The position numbers were made by a program, and so were the translations under genes. DNA of 32,000 nt from Wolbachia endosymbiont of Onchocerca ochengi (GTDB lineage Bacteria; Pseudomonadota; Alphaproteobacteria; Rickettsiales; Anaplasmataceae), in contig NC_018267.1 in the NCBI RefSeq assembly GCF_000306885.1, positions 600,001 through 632,000 on the forward strand, written 5' to 3'. Below the pieces are notes generated by a model. The model did no database searches and was not told where the DNA came from. It saw only the letters and a program-made list of their open reading frames with translations. Shown here piece by piece: positions 1 to 9,686 of the stretch (positions within the stretch are counted from its first letter, which is position 1; every line of letters begins with the position of its first letter).

Positions 1-173
1 GTCTGTGCTTTGATTGTAATTCCACGTTTACGTTCTATCTCCATTGAATCGAGCACTTGATTGGTCATTTCTCTTGCTTCAAGGGCATTACACCACTCTA
101 TTAAACGATCAGCAAGAGTTGATTTTCCGTGATCTATATGTGCTATTATTGCAAAATTTCTTATTTTATTCAT
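1..173 (-). CDS. lepA: Elongation factor 4 (LepA), N-terminal fragment running off the window edge
   Basis: Reverse-strand translation starting at 173: [57 protein letters not shown], with a GTPase P-loop (AHIDHGKST) and RGITIKA typical of LepA. Not in the ORF track because it is truncated. Confidence 0.93.
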   Translation of the reverse strand, partial: MNKIRNFAIIAHIDHGKSTLADRLIEWCNALEAREMTNQVLDSMEIERKRGITIKAQ

Positions 174-234
174 TAATCTACTTATTTAAGTAAAACTATT
201 TTGTATTTTAAGTATTATTAGGACAATTATTTAC

Positions 235-1629
235 TTATCCTTTTAATATAGATGATACCTGCTTTGCGCAAGAAATCATTTTATTAATCATATAATTTTC
301 GTGATTATTATCTATTTTAGACAATTCATATAAGTAATTCACCATCATTCCAGCAGATTGACTAATGCCCTTTTCAGAAGTATCTGCCATCCAGTTTAGT
401 TGCTTTATTGATGCACCATTGCTTAAATGAAAGTGTGCCACTTGGTCATAGGCATTGCCATTATTGTTTTTAACCTTTAGTAAGTAATATGCACAAAGTT
501 TCAGCAAGTATTGTTTTTCGTATTCAGTGTTAGTTTTTAATTGTTCTATGCTTTCTAAAATCTTTGTAATAGACTGTTTTATACCTAATTTTCCTAATAA
601 AATAGTATCCTGCCTTAGATTTCCTTTTAGCCATTTTGTAAAGCCAGGTATCGGAGAAAGTGTTGCGTATGTTTTTATACTTTTAAACTCCTGTGATAGC
701 TTTTCTACAACCCTTTTGATCAAGAAATTACCTAAGCTAATTCCAGACAATCCTGTTTGGGTATTTGATATTGAATAGAATATAGCAGTATTTGCATTGC
801 TTGGATCACTTGAGGGCGTTGATTCATCTAAGAGGTATTGAATGCTATCTGCAATCTTATTCATTAATGCAACCTCTACGAAAATCAGAGGTTCATTTGG
901 TATTTTATAATGAAAAAAGGTAAAACAGAGACGGTCAGAGTCTAGTCTATTTTTTAGATCACTCCATGAAGAAATTTTATGCACAGCTTCATACTTTATA
1001 AGTTTTTCTAATAATGATGCAGGTGAACCCCAGGTAATTTGACGAAGATCAAGTAAATCGACGTCAACCCAGGAGAGAAGTATGCTTTTTAATTCACTTT
1101 CTAATCGGTTAAGCTCTTTATATTGATTTCTTAACTTAAGTACATCAGAACGCATATCAACAATAAACTTGAGGCCTTCTGGTAAAGAAATAAATTGCTT
1201 CAATATTTTAGAACGCGGTGATTCAAGGACTTTTATCAAGTCCTGTTCAAATTTATAGTCTAACTCAGGATTCTTATTTTCCTTGTATCCTTTTATTTTC
1301 TTATCTATTTCTGCCTTGCTTGTATTAAATTTCTCTGCCAGAGTTTGTAAAAACCTTATTTTACCTTTCTCTGATAAACTTAAATACAAGTTACCGAGAG
1401 ATACAGTATTCTTACGTGCTGAGACTTCTCCTCCTTTTGGATTTAAGCACTCATTCATCTTCGAAACTAGACTATTAATATCACGACTATTATCTAAATC
1501 AGTGCCAATGTTACCAATCCACGACCTTACAGCATCTGTTACTTCACCTAGTATTTTTAAAAAGCCTTTTGCTGCTTTTTTATCTTCAACTTGCACTACA
1601 TTAGTTTTTGCTAATGATTCTTTCATCAT
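235..1629 (-). CDS. Malonyl-CoA decarboxylase
   Basis: 464 aa ORF; motifs ISNTQTGLSGISLGNFLIKRV, TLSPIPGFTKWL, HFHLSNGASIKQLNWMADTS and SAGMMVNYLYEL match the malonyl-CoA decarboxylase family. Confidence 0.88.
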   Translation of the reverse strand: MMKESLAKTNVVQVEDKKAAKGFLKILGEVTDAVRSWIGNIGTDLDNSRDINSLVSKMNECLNPKGGEVSARKNTVSLGNLYLSLSEKGKIRFLQTLAEKFNTSKAEIDKKIKGYKENKNPELDYKFEQDLIKVLESPRSKILKQFISLPEGLKFIVDMRSDVLKLRNQYKELNRLESELKSILLSWVDVDLLDLRQITWGSPASLLEKLIKYEAVHKISSWSDLKNRLDSDRLCFTFFHYKIPNEPLIFVEVALMNKIADSIQYLLDESTPSSDPSNANTAIFYSISNTQTGLSGISLGNFLIKRVVEKLSQEFKSIKTYATLSPIPGFTKWLKGNLRQDTILLGKLGIKQSITKILESIEQLKTNTEYEKQYLLKLCAYYLLKVKNNNGNAYDQVAHFHLSNGASIKQLNWMADTSEKGISQSAGMMVNYLYELSKIDNNHENYMINKMISCAKQVSSILKG

Positions 1630-3455
1630 AAACTTCTTCTATTATACATCTATATTAAACCAAAGGAGAATCTTAGTCTATACAACAGGCACCGTTATCA
1701 GATTATTATTAATTTTTATAGTATAGTTAAGGTTTGGTAGGATACTGCTATAGTAGAAGCAAAGAAAAGTCCAATGGTTATATTGAAAGCTTAAGTCGAA
1801 GATTTCAATTTTAGTAAATTAAGAGTTGTAAAGGAATAACAAAGGAACAAAATCCTTGAACACCAGTATATGATGATTTTTATAAAGTGAATTTCATTAT
1901 TAATGACGAAAATATAGACAAAACTTCAATTAACTTGTTGATAGGAAAATCTTGAAAGCAATATGCATGGATAGGATTTAAGCAAAATTTAACTAGCGCT
2001 GATACACGCGGAAAAGAATTTTACAGCAGTGAAGAACAGTTTCTTTTATTAAGAACAAGAGTAAATGAAAGCAAGAATTATCGTTAAATTACAAAAAAGT
2101 TTTTAGAGAAATGTTCCAGTACATTAACGATCATTCTAAATAACTATGTCTTAGAAGAGCTAGTGATTAATTGCAATCAATTTTCTTACTGGTAAGTAGA
2201 GGATTAGTAATGAATGTTTTTGTTCCTGTAATTCTTTGCCATAAGCTAGTGTATCAAAGTCAAGATGTTTTATCTCTATATCTACTGTAGCAATAGAAAC
2301 TATGTTAGCGTTAAGTTTGATAACAGAAGTACCTATAACAGATATATACTATTATGTACTTTTATGAATAACCTGTCGGCCTAGACTTCAATTAAAGCAA
2401 GAACTCTTTTTTAGAAAAGTAAGCTGAGATGTAGTTTCTATTTAATCTTTAGTTAATGTGTTTGAGTTTTTAGTATGCTAAGTAGAGATATTTTGGTATT
2501 TCTCAGTAAAGAAAAGCAGGTAATACCTCTTTTTAAAGGTGTGTCCTTTTAGGAAGTGTAGATGTGTAAAAGATACTACCTGTTGCATCGAGAAAATGCC
2601 TAAGGTGTTAGGATCAATAGTTCTTCTAGTAATACCAGTTATTATTAATGGCAGTAACCATTATTTTCAAGTTTTAGCTATTACTTGGAAAAGTTATAGT
2701 AATTTTGATCAAGTAAATATGTTGTGCTTAACCTAGTACATAAATTTGGATTTGTGCTATCAAGATTCCTGTTATATAAATTATTTACTCCTCCATTCTA
2801 TAGCAAAAATAGGTGGTATTACCTAATTTTAAAAATAATTAACTCAGGTATTTTTCTATTGAGCAGGATAGTATTGGTATTGTATATTACAGTGTTGCAG
2901 TGTAGTATATGGTTATGATATTCTAGTGTAGATTTTGGATCATAATAATATTTTGAGTAATTGATGTGATGATAATTACTAATCTAGCAATGCTGCTAAG
3001 CAGCACAGAAGTTTAGCTACACATGCTCTATATCCTTGAGGAAAATCCAATTAAGTTGTAATCATCACAATGAAACGAAGAATTCTTTAATATTTATGTA
3101 CATGTATTTTTCTACTTTGTTTTAACGATTAAAATTACGTCAAAGGGTTATACTTTCTTACTTTCAGCTTTTTAAAACATCTCTAACGTACATGTTTTAA
3201 TAATATTACTTAGTTGCCAGTTCACGCATCTGTTGTATTTTATGTCAATTATAGTCTAACTTGTTTGTCAGATATGCGTCTTGCTTGGAGATTAGGACAA
3301 ACGGTAAAACTATTGACAGTTGAACCTTTTGTTTGCCATTCAATTGTGCGCTTTTATTTTTTTGAATTAGCTGTTACTCCTCAATGGTTTTCGTTCGTTT
3401 TGCACTATATATTTTCTTGTAGAGGTAGCAGTATATGTTTGTTTGCGTCTCAGCA
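1630..3455. other. Coding-poor tract with only short, unassignable ORFs
   Basis: Only ORFs of about 60-87 aa in the track, none recognisable; many stops in all frames; several short hydrophobic open stretches (e.g. 2539-2918). Confidence 0.6.
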
Positions 3456-3971
3456 TCACTCGTGTAATTTCAGATAAATATGTAAAATATAAAAACATAA
3501 TATTATAGCTTTTATAATTTTAGTTTCTACAATATTTAATCCTTTTTGTAATATTGAAAGCAATTCATCTGAAATTTTATTAGCAATTTTCATGCAAAAA
3601 TTCTTTGTCATTTTTACTGCACATAGGTAATTGCTTATTAGTTCTCTTGTCATTGAGTTGCTTTGCACAAAAACGAACTTACAATAGTTACTAGCATTAT
3701 AATATGCCTTTGCAGGACTGCTTACTTTTCAGATAATTACTACTAAAATTTCTATTGAATTCCCGTTTTGCATCATTCACCTTAATTTTTCTACGTTAAT
3801 GCTTAAAAATTTTAAAAAAATAACATATTTGTTTGTAGGTGAAACTGTAATAGATATTCTAGATTTAAAATAAGCTTCAATATAATATCCAAGAAATTTT
3901 GTCACTCTTGCTTTGTTAGGATTATTAACAAAAATTTTTAAAAAAGAATCAGTATTGAAACAAGAACAGCT
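3456..3971 (-). pseudogene. Decayed gene of unknown family in at least three reading-frame pieces
   Basis: Consecutive minus-strand open pieces with protein-like composition: 3971-3777 (SCSCFNTDSFLKIFVNNPNKARVTKFLGYYIEAYFKSRISITVSPTNKYVIFLKFLSINVEKLR*), 3780-3697 (VNDAKREFNRNFSSNYLKSKQSCKGIL*), and the frame ending in the 70 aa track ORF at 3456 (open from 3728). Confidence 0.4.
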
Positions 3972-4065
3972 TCAAGCGCAACTATATTATCATAGGTTAA
4001 AAGTACAATAAGATTAACTTAATACTATTAAGTACGAGAAAAAACGGAATTGACTTAAATTTTTA

Positions 4066-4989
4066 TTATTTATCGTCTCTTTCCACGTACCTTTTAAACT
4101 TTTTTTCACTGAAATTCTCTTTATTGACCGTTTTGTCTATCTTATTTACGAATAGTTTAAACTCCTTTAATTCATGATCAATTAACTTTACTTTGCTTTT
4201 ATGTGCTATTGTAAGTGGATCAATATATTTACCGTTGTATATGATCTCGTAATGTAAATGTGGCCCTGTTGAAACACCAGTGCTACCAACATAAGCAATG
4301 ACCTGCCCTTGCTTTACTTTAGAGCCTAATTTTATATCGCAGCTAAATTTACTTATGTGAGCATAGCAGGTTGAATACCTATTTTTATGTTTTATTTTGA
4401 TATATTTACCATACTCTCCATTATTTCCTATATATTCTATTACACCATCTGCAGCGGCATGTATGTGAGCACCAAATTTAGTTGCATAATCTACTCCTTT
4501 GTGAAAAATAACTTTACCGTGAATAGGGTGTTTTCTATTACCAAATTTCGAGGATACGTGAAAATCTCCGTTTAAAGGGCTTACGAAAATTTTGCCACCT
4601 CTTAAGCTTATTCCATCTTTATTAAAATACCTTTTTTTACCGTTTTGTGGCTTATAATGATACAAGCAAGTAGTTTTTTTGTTTGTTGTCAGTGAAGTGT
4701 ATAAAATATTTTCTTCGGTCTTTTGGTCATTAAACGATCTCTCAAAGAGAACCTTCAAATTGCTTTCTGGTACAATGTCTTTTTCAAAGTTTGTACCAAA
4801 ATTTTCATATATGTTGATTAACTCCATTACTGTATTTGGCGCTAATCCTTGTTCGATCCCAGTGGTAAAAAAGGAAGATTTTATGTTACTGGATATTAAC
4901 AAGATCTCTCTATTGTTACCTGGTGTTTTAGAGGCATGTAAGTTGAACATTGGTAAAGTGTAAAGCAATATAAGTATTATTAGCCTCAT
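4066..4989 (-). CDS. M23-family metallopeptidase (LytM/MepM-like) with predicted N-terminal signal peptide
   Basis: HPIHGKVIFHKGVDYATKFGAHIHAAADGVIEYIG ... YAHISKF ... VGSTGVSTGPHLHYEI, i.e. the H-x(n)-D and HxH zinc-binding motifs of peptidase M23; hydrophobic N-terminus MRLIILILLYTLPMFNLHAS. Confidence 0.9.
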   Translation of the reverse strand: MRLIILILLYTLPMFNLHASKTPGNNREILLISSNIKSSFFTTGIEQGLAPNTVMELINIYENFGTNFEKDIVPESNLKVLFERSFNDQKTEENILYTSLTTNKKTTCLYHYKPQNGKKRYFNKDGISLRGGKIFVSPLNGDFHVSSKFGNRKHPIHGKVIFHKGVDYATKFGAHIHAAADGVIEYIGNNGEYGKYIKIKHKNRYSTCYAHISKFSCDIKLGSKVKQGQVIAYVGSTGVSTGPHLHYEIIYNGKYIDPLTIAHKSKVKLIDHELKEFKLFVNKIDKTVNKENFSEKKFKRYVERDDK

Positions 4990-4992
4990 AGT

Positions 4993-5733
4993 TTAAATAG
5001 AATCAGCAAAAGTAAAATTACCATCAACGTATTGTACATCATCATTATCTTCTAGCTCTTTAACTAACGTAGATAATTTCTTAATTAATTCTTTATCGCT
5101 AATTTCCACTAGGTCCTTTGGTTGCCATGAAAGGCGAACAAGCTCTGGCTTTCCAAATTTTGCATAAAAAGCATCGCGTACTCTACTAAAATCTTTTACT
5201 TTACAAGTTATGATGTATAATCCTTCTTTATTATTTTCTTCAACATCCAATACTTCTAATTCGATTCCATGAGTAAATAGACTTTCAAAATTTACATTCT
5301 CTGCTTTATAGATGATTAACCCTATGTGGTCGAAAAGATAACTAACATTCCCTATTTCTCCTAAACTTCCACCTTTGCGAGAGAAAATATGACGCACCTC
5401 AGAGGTAGTTCGATTGCGGTTATTCGTTAAAGCATGAACAATGAGTGCAGTACCAGAGGGTCCATAGCCTTCATATTGTATTTCCTCATAATTTTTTCCT
5501 ATAACACTACCAGTTGCGTTTCTTATTGCTGTTTCTATTTTGTCTTTTGGTAGATTCTCTTTGCGTGCAGTAGATACAGCAGAGCGAAGGCGTGGATTAA
5601 GTTCAGGATCAGGTAGTCCTTGCTTTGCAATAGCCATTATTTCTCTAATGAGCTTTGTGAATTTTTGAGAGCGTTTTGCATCCTGAGCGCCTTTCCGATG
5701 TTTTATGTTTGAAAATTGTGAGTGACCAGCCAC
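4993..5733 (-). CDS. YebC/PmpR family transcriptional regulator / translation factor
   Basis: MAGHSQFSNIKHRKGAQDAKRSQKFTKLIREI and YEGYGPSGTALIVHALTNNRNRTTSEVRHIFSRKGGSLGEIGNVSYLFD are diagnostic for YebC. Confidence 0.95.
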   Translation of the reverse strand: MAGHSQFSNIKHRKGAQDAKRSQKFTKLIREIMAIAKQGLPDPELNPRLRSAVSTARKENLPKDKIETAIRNATGSVIGKNYEEIQYEGYGPSGTALIVHALTNNRNRTTSEVRHIFSRKGGSLGEIGNVSYLFDHIGLIIYKAENVNFESLFTHGIELEVLDVEENNKEGLYIITCKVKDFSRVRDAFYAKFGKPELVRLSWQPKDLVEISDKELIKKLSTLVKELEDNDDVQYVDGNFTFADSI

Positions 5734-5830
5734 ATTTGAATAATTAAAGACTTCATTATATACTAAGGTATAGAAAAAACTAAAGCAAATTTTTAAACTT
5801 GCTATTATTATTTTTATGTGAACTTTATTT

Positions 5831-6538
5831 TTACTTTTTAGGGTTTTCTGCTAACAGGTTTTCATATTGCTGAACTTCCAAATCAAGGCCGAGAGCTAAA
5901 TGGGCTGTTATTAAATAGCTAATAGATTTAGGAGAATAGCTAGAATCCTTATTGCTTATTACATTTTGAAAACGTTTAATCGCTGCTAAATATTCACCAC
6001 GTCTTAAGTAGAACCTACCAATAGAATATTCTTTTGCTAATATGTGCTCTGTGACTAGCTTTATTTTTCTTTTTACCTTTTCTGTATATATGCTGTTTGG
6101 AAAGAGATTAATGTACTCGGTAGCTAAGTCTAAAGTTTTGTATGCAGTTTGTTGTTCAAGTTGCACTTTATGAATTTGCATGTAATAAGATAATATCCTT
6201 AAGTAATATACATACGGTAAATCTTCACCATTTGGATAAGTCTGTATGTAACCATCTGCATTACTTGCGGCACTGGCATAATCACCCATGTTATAGTGAG
6301 AAACACTAGATAATAACCCGGCTTTCATTGCCCCATAAGAGAGGGGATATAAGTCTTCAATTTTTTGAAATGCCCTGATAGCCTGTTTGTATTTTTTCTG
6401 GTCGAAAAGTTTAACTGCCTCCTTGTATAGCTCAGCTTCGGTTCTTTCATAATCATTCGCATAAGATTGCATAAAGGAGCAAATAAAAAAAATAAAACAC
6501 GTGATTAAAGTCTTACACATAAGATTTTTTTTAATCAA
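5831..6538 (-). CDS. bamD: Outer membrane protein assembly factor BamD (ComL-like TPR protein)
   Basis: Signal-peptide-like N-terminus followed by ELYKEAVKLFDQKKYKQAIRAFQKIEDLYPLSYGAMKAGLLSSVSHYNMGDYASAASNADGYIQTYPNGEDLPYVYYLRILSYY, typical of BamD. Confidence 0.82.
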   Translation of the reverse strand: MIKKNLMCKTLITCFIFFICSFMQSYANDYERTEAELYKEAVKLFDQKKYKQAIRAFQKIEDLYPLSYGAMKAGLLSSVSHYNMGDYASAASNADGYIQTYPNGEDLPYVYYLRILSYYMQIHKVQLEQQTAYKTLDLATEYINLFPNSIYTEKVKRKIKLVTEHILAKEYSIGRFYLRRGEYLAAIKRFQNVISNKDSSYSPKSISYLITAHLALGLDLEVQQYENLLAENPKK

Positions 6539-6754
6539 AACACAGTATAGACTAAATACCAGTTAAATAAATAGATTTTTGAGATTCTCAAAAATCATTA
6601 AGTAGCAGAAAAATTGTATAATTAATTCTTGTGCACCATTGTTACCTTCTAAATTTAAGACAGTGCTGTTTGCCATTTAAAGAACTTTTTCCTTTTACTT
6701 TTAGATTCTTTAGTGTCTTACTGTGAAAAATATATAATTAATACTTACTGTATA

Positions 6755-6900
6755 ACCATAAAAAGCCAATACCTCTACCAAACCTAAAGTAGATCCAAAC
6801 AGCATATGGCTTAACGGAGGTGCCAATGCCATTAACATTGGCCTTCTTATTAAGAATACAGAAGCATCAGTAAGCGCTAATCCGACAGTAGGTATTATTT
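6755..6900 (-). pseudogene. Possible membrane-protein gene fragment
   Basis: Reverse-strand open stretch IIPTVGLALTDASVFLIRRPMLMALAPPLSHMLFGSTLGLVEVLAFMVIQ* without a start codon; composition is protein-like but no family is recognised. Boundaries approximate. Confidence 0.25.
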
Positions 6901-7364
6901 GCTAGTTGTTCACTCTGGACTTCTTATTAAAATCATGCTTCCTGTTTCCTTTTTCTTATTTTTTTCACACTTAAAGAAGTGTAAAAGAAAAAGAGATTGT
7001 ATTAGAAAGAAGTAAAATTGTATCCTTTGTTCTTTCAAATAAAGGTGCTTTACTCGTTGCTATACTTACAATAATTAGTACAGTTGTTATGCCTTCGATG
7101 TAGATTAAATACTCACTTACATTAATGTATTATACTCTTTTCTTTTTGCTTCTTTTCCCATTTTCGATATTTCTAACCCTTATTCTTTTTTGCTATCTTT
7201 CTATTATTATAAATTAAGTTTAGCATATAAATAAGATATAAGCCTGAGAAAGGCTAATATAGTGTAGTTTAGTGCACTATCTATACCATCAGCAGTGCCT
7301 GACTGCTACATATTAGCCATCAACAATACAAATAGAACCATTATGATTAACGATATGTATTGTT

Positions 7365-7477
7365 ATTTATATAACTCTCTTTTTTTTCAACGTTAATAGT
7401 TCTTGTTCAAGCTCTTCTTTTAGTGTTAATAACTTCTTGTTTAAGTCTTTTTTTCGAATTTCTTCATCAACTGTTAG
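7365..7477 (-). pseudogene. Possible coiled-coil gene fragment
   Basis: Reverse-strand open stretch LTVDEEIRKKDLNKKLLTLKEELEQELLTLKKKRVI* with no start codon, flanked by stops. Boundaries approximate. Confidence 0.25.
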
Positions 7478-7640
7478 CTAAAAGCCCAGAAAAAAAATCT
7501 TCAGTAGAAAATTTAGCCCTAAAGCTACTAGTCATACTAAAATCCTATTGGCTTACATAATACACCATACAGGATTTCGATTACTTAATTAAGTTTATTG
7601 AAGTCTTAATTATTTATATATTAATTGTTTCTTGAAAAAT

Positions 7641-8183
7641 TCAGCTAGTCTGTTTAATACCAGTTAAAACATAGTTGTAGCCTGACCATACGGTTATGAT
7701 AGCTGCAATCCACAGACAAGTTGTACCTATACGTTGGGCTATCTCATAATTGTTTACTATTAGCGCTATAACAGCAACCATCTGTAAAAATGTTTTGATT
7801 TTCCCAACTTTGCTTACAGGCAAGCTAGCATTTGTAGCCATTAAAAACTCTCGTAAACCAGAGACTAATATCTCTCTACAAACGATTATAACTGATGGTA
7901 TGACTGTAAAATCATTTATTTTGTGCTTATAAATTAGCATAATTATTGTTGAAACTACTATTAATTTGTCAGCAATTGGGTCAAATAGCCTGCCGAATTT
8001 TGATTGAACTTTCCATGTACGTGCTAGGTAACCATCAAAAAAGTCTGTAATGCATGCAAATATAAAGATTGATATTGTTATCAGGTTTGCATATTTGTTT
8101 TCTACGTAAAAACTTAATATTATTGCTGGTATTGCAAGTGCACGAGAAATTGTCAACAAATTAGGCAGGTTTTTCTTAAGCAT
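7641..8183 (-). CDS. pgsA: CDP-diacylglycerol--glycerol-3-phosphate 3-phosphatidyltransferase
   Basis: NLLTISRALAIPAIILSFY and DFFDGYLARTWKVQSKFGRLFDPIADK, the CDP-alcohol phosphatidyltransferase motif DG(x)2AR(x)8G(x)3D(x)3D. Confidence 0.93.
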   Translation of the reverse strand: MLKKNLPNLLTISRALAIPAIILSFYVENKYANLITISIFIFACITDFFDGYLARTWKVQSKFGRLFDPIADKLIVVSTIIMLIYKHKINDFTVIPSVIIVCREILVSGLREFLMATNASLPVSKVGKIKTFLQMVAVIALIVNNYEIAQRIGTTCLWIAAIITVWSGYNYVLTGIKQTS

Positions 8184-8300
8184 GCAATGTAATTTTAATG
8201 CAGTACAGTAAACTTATACAGAAGTGGGGTGCAATTCACAAGCTAATAGTTTACGATTGAACATTTATAAAAACTCTATATACTTAAAAATTTATTAACT

Positions 8301-9644
8301 ATGAACTTAAAATATAAGGATGTAATGATGAACGATGATTTAGATAGTACTACAAAACAAGAAGCACTTAAGTATCACAATAGAGAAAACAATCCTGGTA
8401 AAATATCTATCTTGCCAACAAAACCTTTATTTACTCAGCATGACTTGTCGCTTGCTTATTCACCTGGAGTTGCAGCTCCATGCCTTGAAATAGCTAAAAA
8501 TCCTGAAGCTGTCTATGATTATACAACAAAAAGCAATTGCGTCGCTGTTATTTCAAATGGTACTGCAGTGCTTGGGCTTGGTAATATCGGTCCTCTTGCC
8601 TCGAAACCTGTTATGGAAGGTAAGGCTGTTTTATTTAAGCGCTTTGCTGATATTGATGCAATCGATATAGAAGTTGATACGGAAGATATAGAAGATTTTA
8701 TCAATGCAATAAGATACCTTGGGCCAAGCTGGGGAGGAATAAATTTAGAGGATATAAGATCACCTGACTGTTTCATAATAGAAAGGCGTCTAAACGAATT
8801 GATGGATATTCCAGTGTTTCACGATGATCAGCATGGAACTGCAGTGGTTGTTGCAGCAGGTATAGAAAATGCTCTTGATATTGCAAAAAAAAAATTAGAG
8901 GACGTTAAGGTTATCATGAATGGTGCTGGTGCGGCTGGTATTGCATGTTTAGAAATACTGAGGTCCATGGGTGCTAAAAATATAGTACTGTGTGATAAAA
9001 AAGGAGTAGTATACAAAGATAGAAAAGAGTATATGAACAAATGGAAGGAAAAATATGCGATTGATACTAGAGAACGTTCTTTACTCGATGCAATAAAAGA
9101 TGCTGACGTATTTATCGGATTGTCTGTAAAAGATGTGCTTAATGAAGAGATGTTAAAGAGCATGAGTAAAGATCCGATTATTTTTGCTCTTGCTAATCCT
9201 GACCCAGAAGTAAGGCCTGAGTTTGCGAAATCTGTAAGGCCAGATGCAATAATCGCAACTGGTAGATCAGATTACAATAACCAAGTGAATAATGTAATGG
9301 GATTTCCTTATATATTCAGGGGAGCGCTTGATGTACATGCAACGGTGATAAATAACGAAATGAAAATTGCAGCTGCAGATGCAATAGCAAAGCTCGCACA
9401 TGAGCCAGTGCCTGATGAGATATCCGCAGCTTACGGTAATCGTAGAATGAACTATGGGCGTGAATATATAATACCTACTCCATTTGACCCAAGGTTAATT
9501 TCGGTAGTCTCTCCTGCTGTTGCAAAAGCTGCAGTACACTCAGATGTTGCTAGGAAGGCAATACAAGATTGGAGTAGATATGAAAGCCAATTAAAATCTC
9601 GTCTTGCGAATGCTCTTAACACACTAAATTTAATGTCTTCGTAG
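8301..9644 (+). CDS. Malic enzyme (malate dehydrogenase, oxaloacetate-decarboxylating), catalytic domain without a C-terminal phosphotransacetylase domain
   Basis: SLAYSPGVAAPCLEIAKNP, SNGTAVLGLGNIGPLASKPVMEGKAVLFKRFADIDAIDIE, IPVFHDDQHGTAVV and NGAGAAGIACLEIL match bacterial malic enzymes; 447 aa is too short for the MaeB PTA fusion. Start may be at an internal Met. Confidence 0.93.
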   Translation: MNLKYKDVMMNDDLDSTTKQEALKYHNRENNPGKISILPTKPLFTQHDLSLAYSPGVAAPCLEIAKNPEAVYDYTTKSNCVAVISNGTAVLGLGNIGPLASKPVMEGKAVLFKRFADIDAIDIEVDTEDIEDFINAIRYLGPSWGGINLEDIRSPDCFIIERRLNELMDIPVFHDDQHGTAVVVAAGIENALDIAKKKLEDVKVIMNGAGAAGIACLEILRSMGAKNIVLCDKKGVVYKDRKEYMNKWKEKYAIDTRERSLLDAIKDADVFIGLSVKDVLNEEMLKSMSKDPIIFALANPDPEVRPEFAKSVRPDAIIATGRSDYNNQVNNVMGFPYIFRGALDVHATVINNEMKIAAADAIAKLAHEPVPDEISAAYGNRRMNYGREYIIPTPFDPRLISVVSPAVAKAAVHSDVARKAIQDWSRYESQLKSRLANALNTLNLMSS

Positions 9645-9686
9645 TAACTAATTGCATATAGTTGTTTTAGATTTATAATAAAAATA

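Noticed and set aside
527-778. Plus-strand ORF opposite the malonyl-CoA decarboxylase (and the similar one at 1283-1726)
   Set aside because: Antisense shadow ORFs inside or overlapping a convincing conserved gene; translations show no family features.
2991-3005. Short palindrome TGCTGC-TAA-GCAGCA
   Set aside because: Only a 6-bp stem with a 3-nt loop and no neighbouring signal; too little to call a regulatory element, although it could be checked for covariance.
8519-9163. Minus-strand ORFs within malic enzyme
   Set aside because: Antisense to an intact conserved gene with no recognisable motif.
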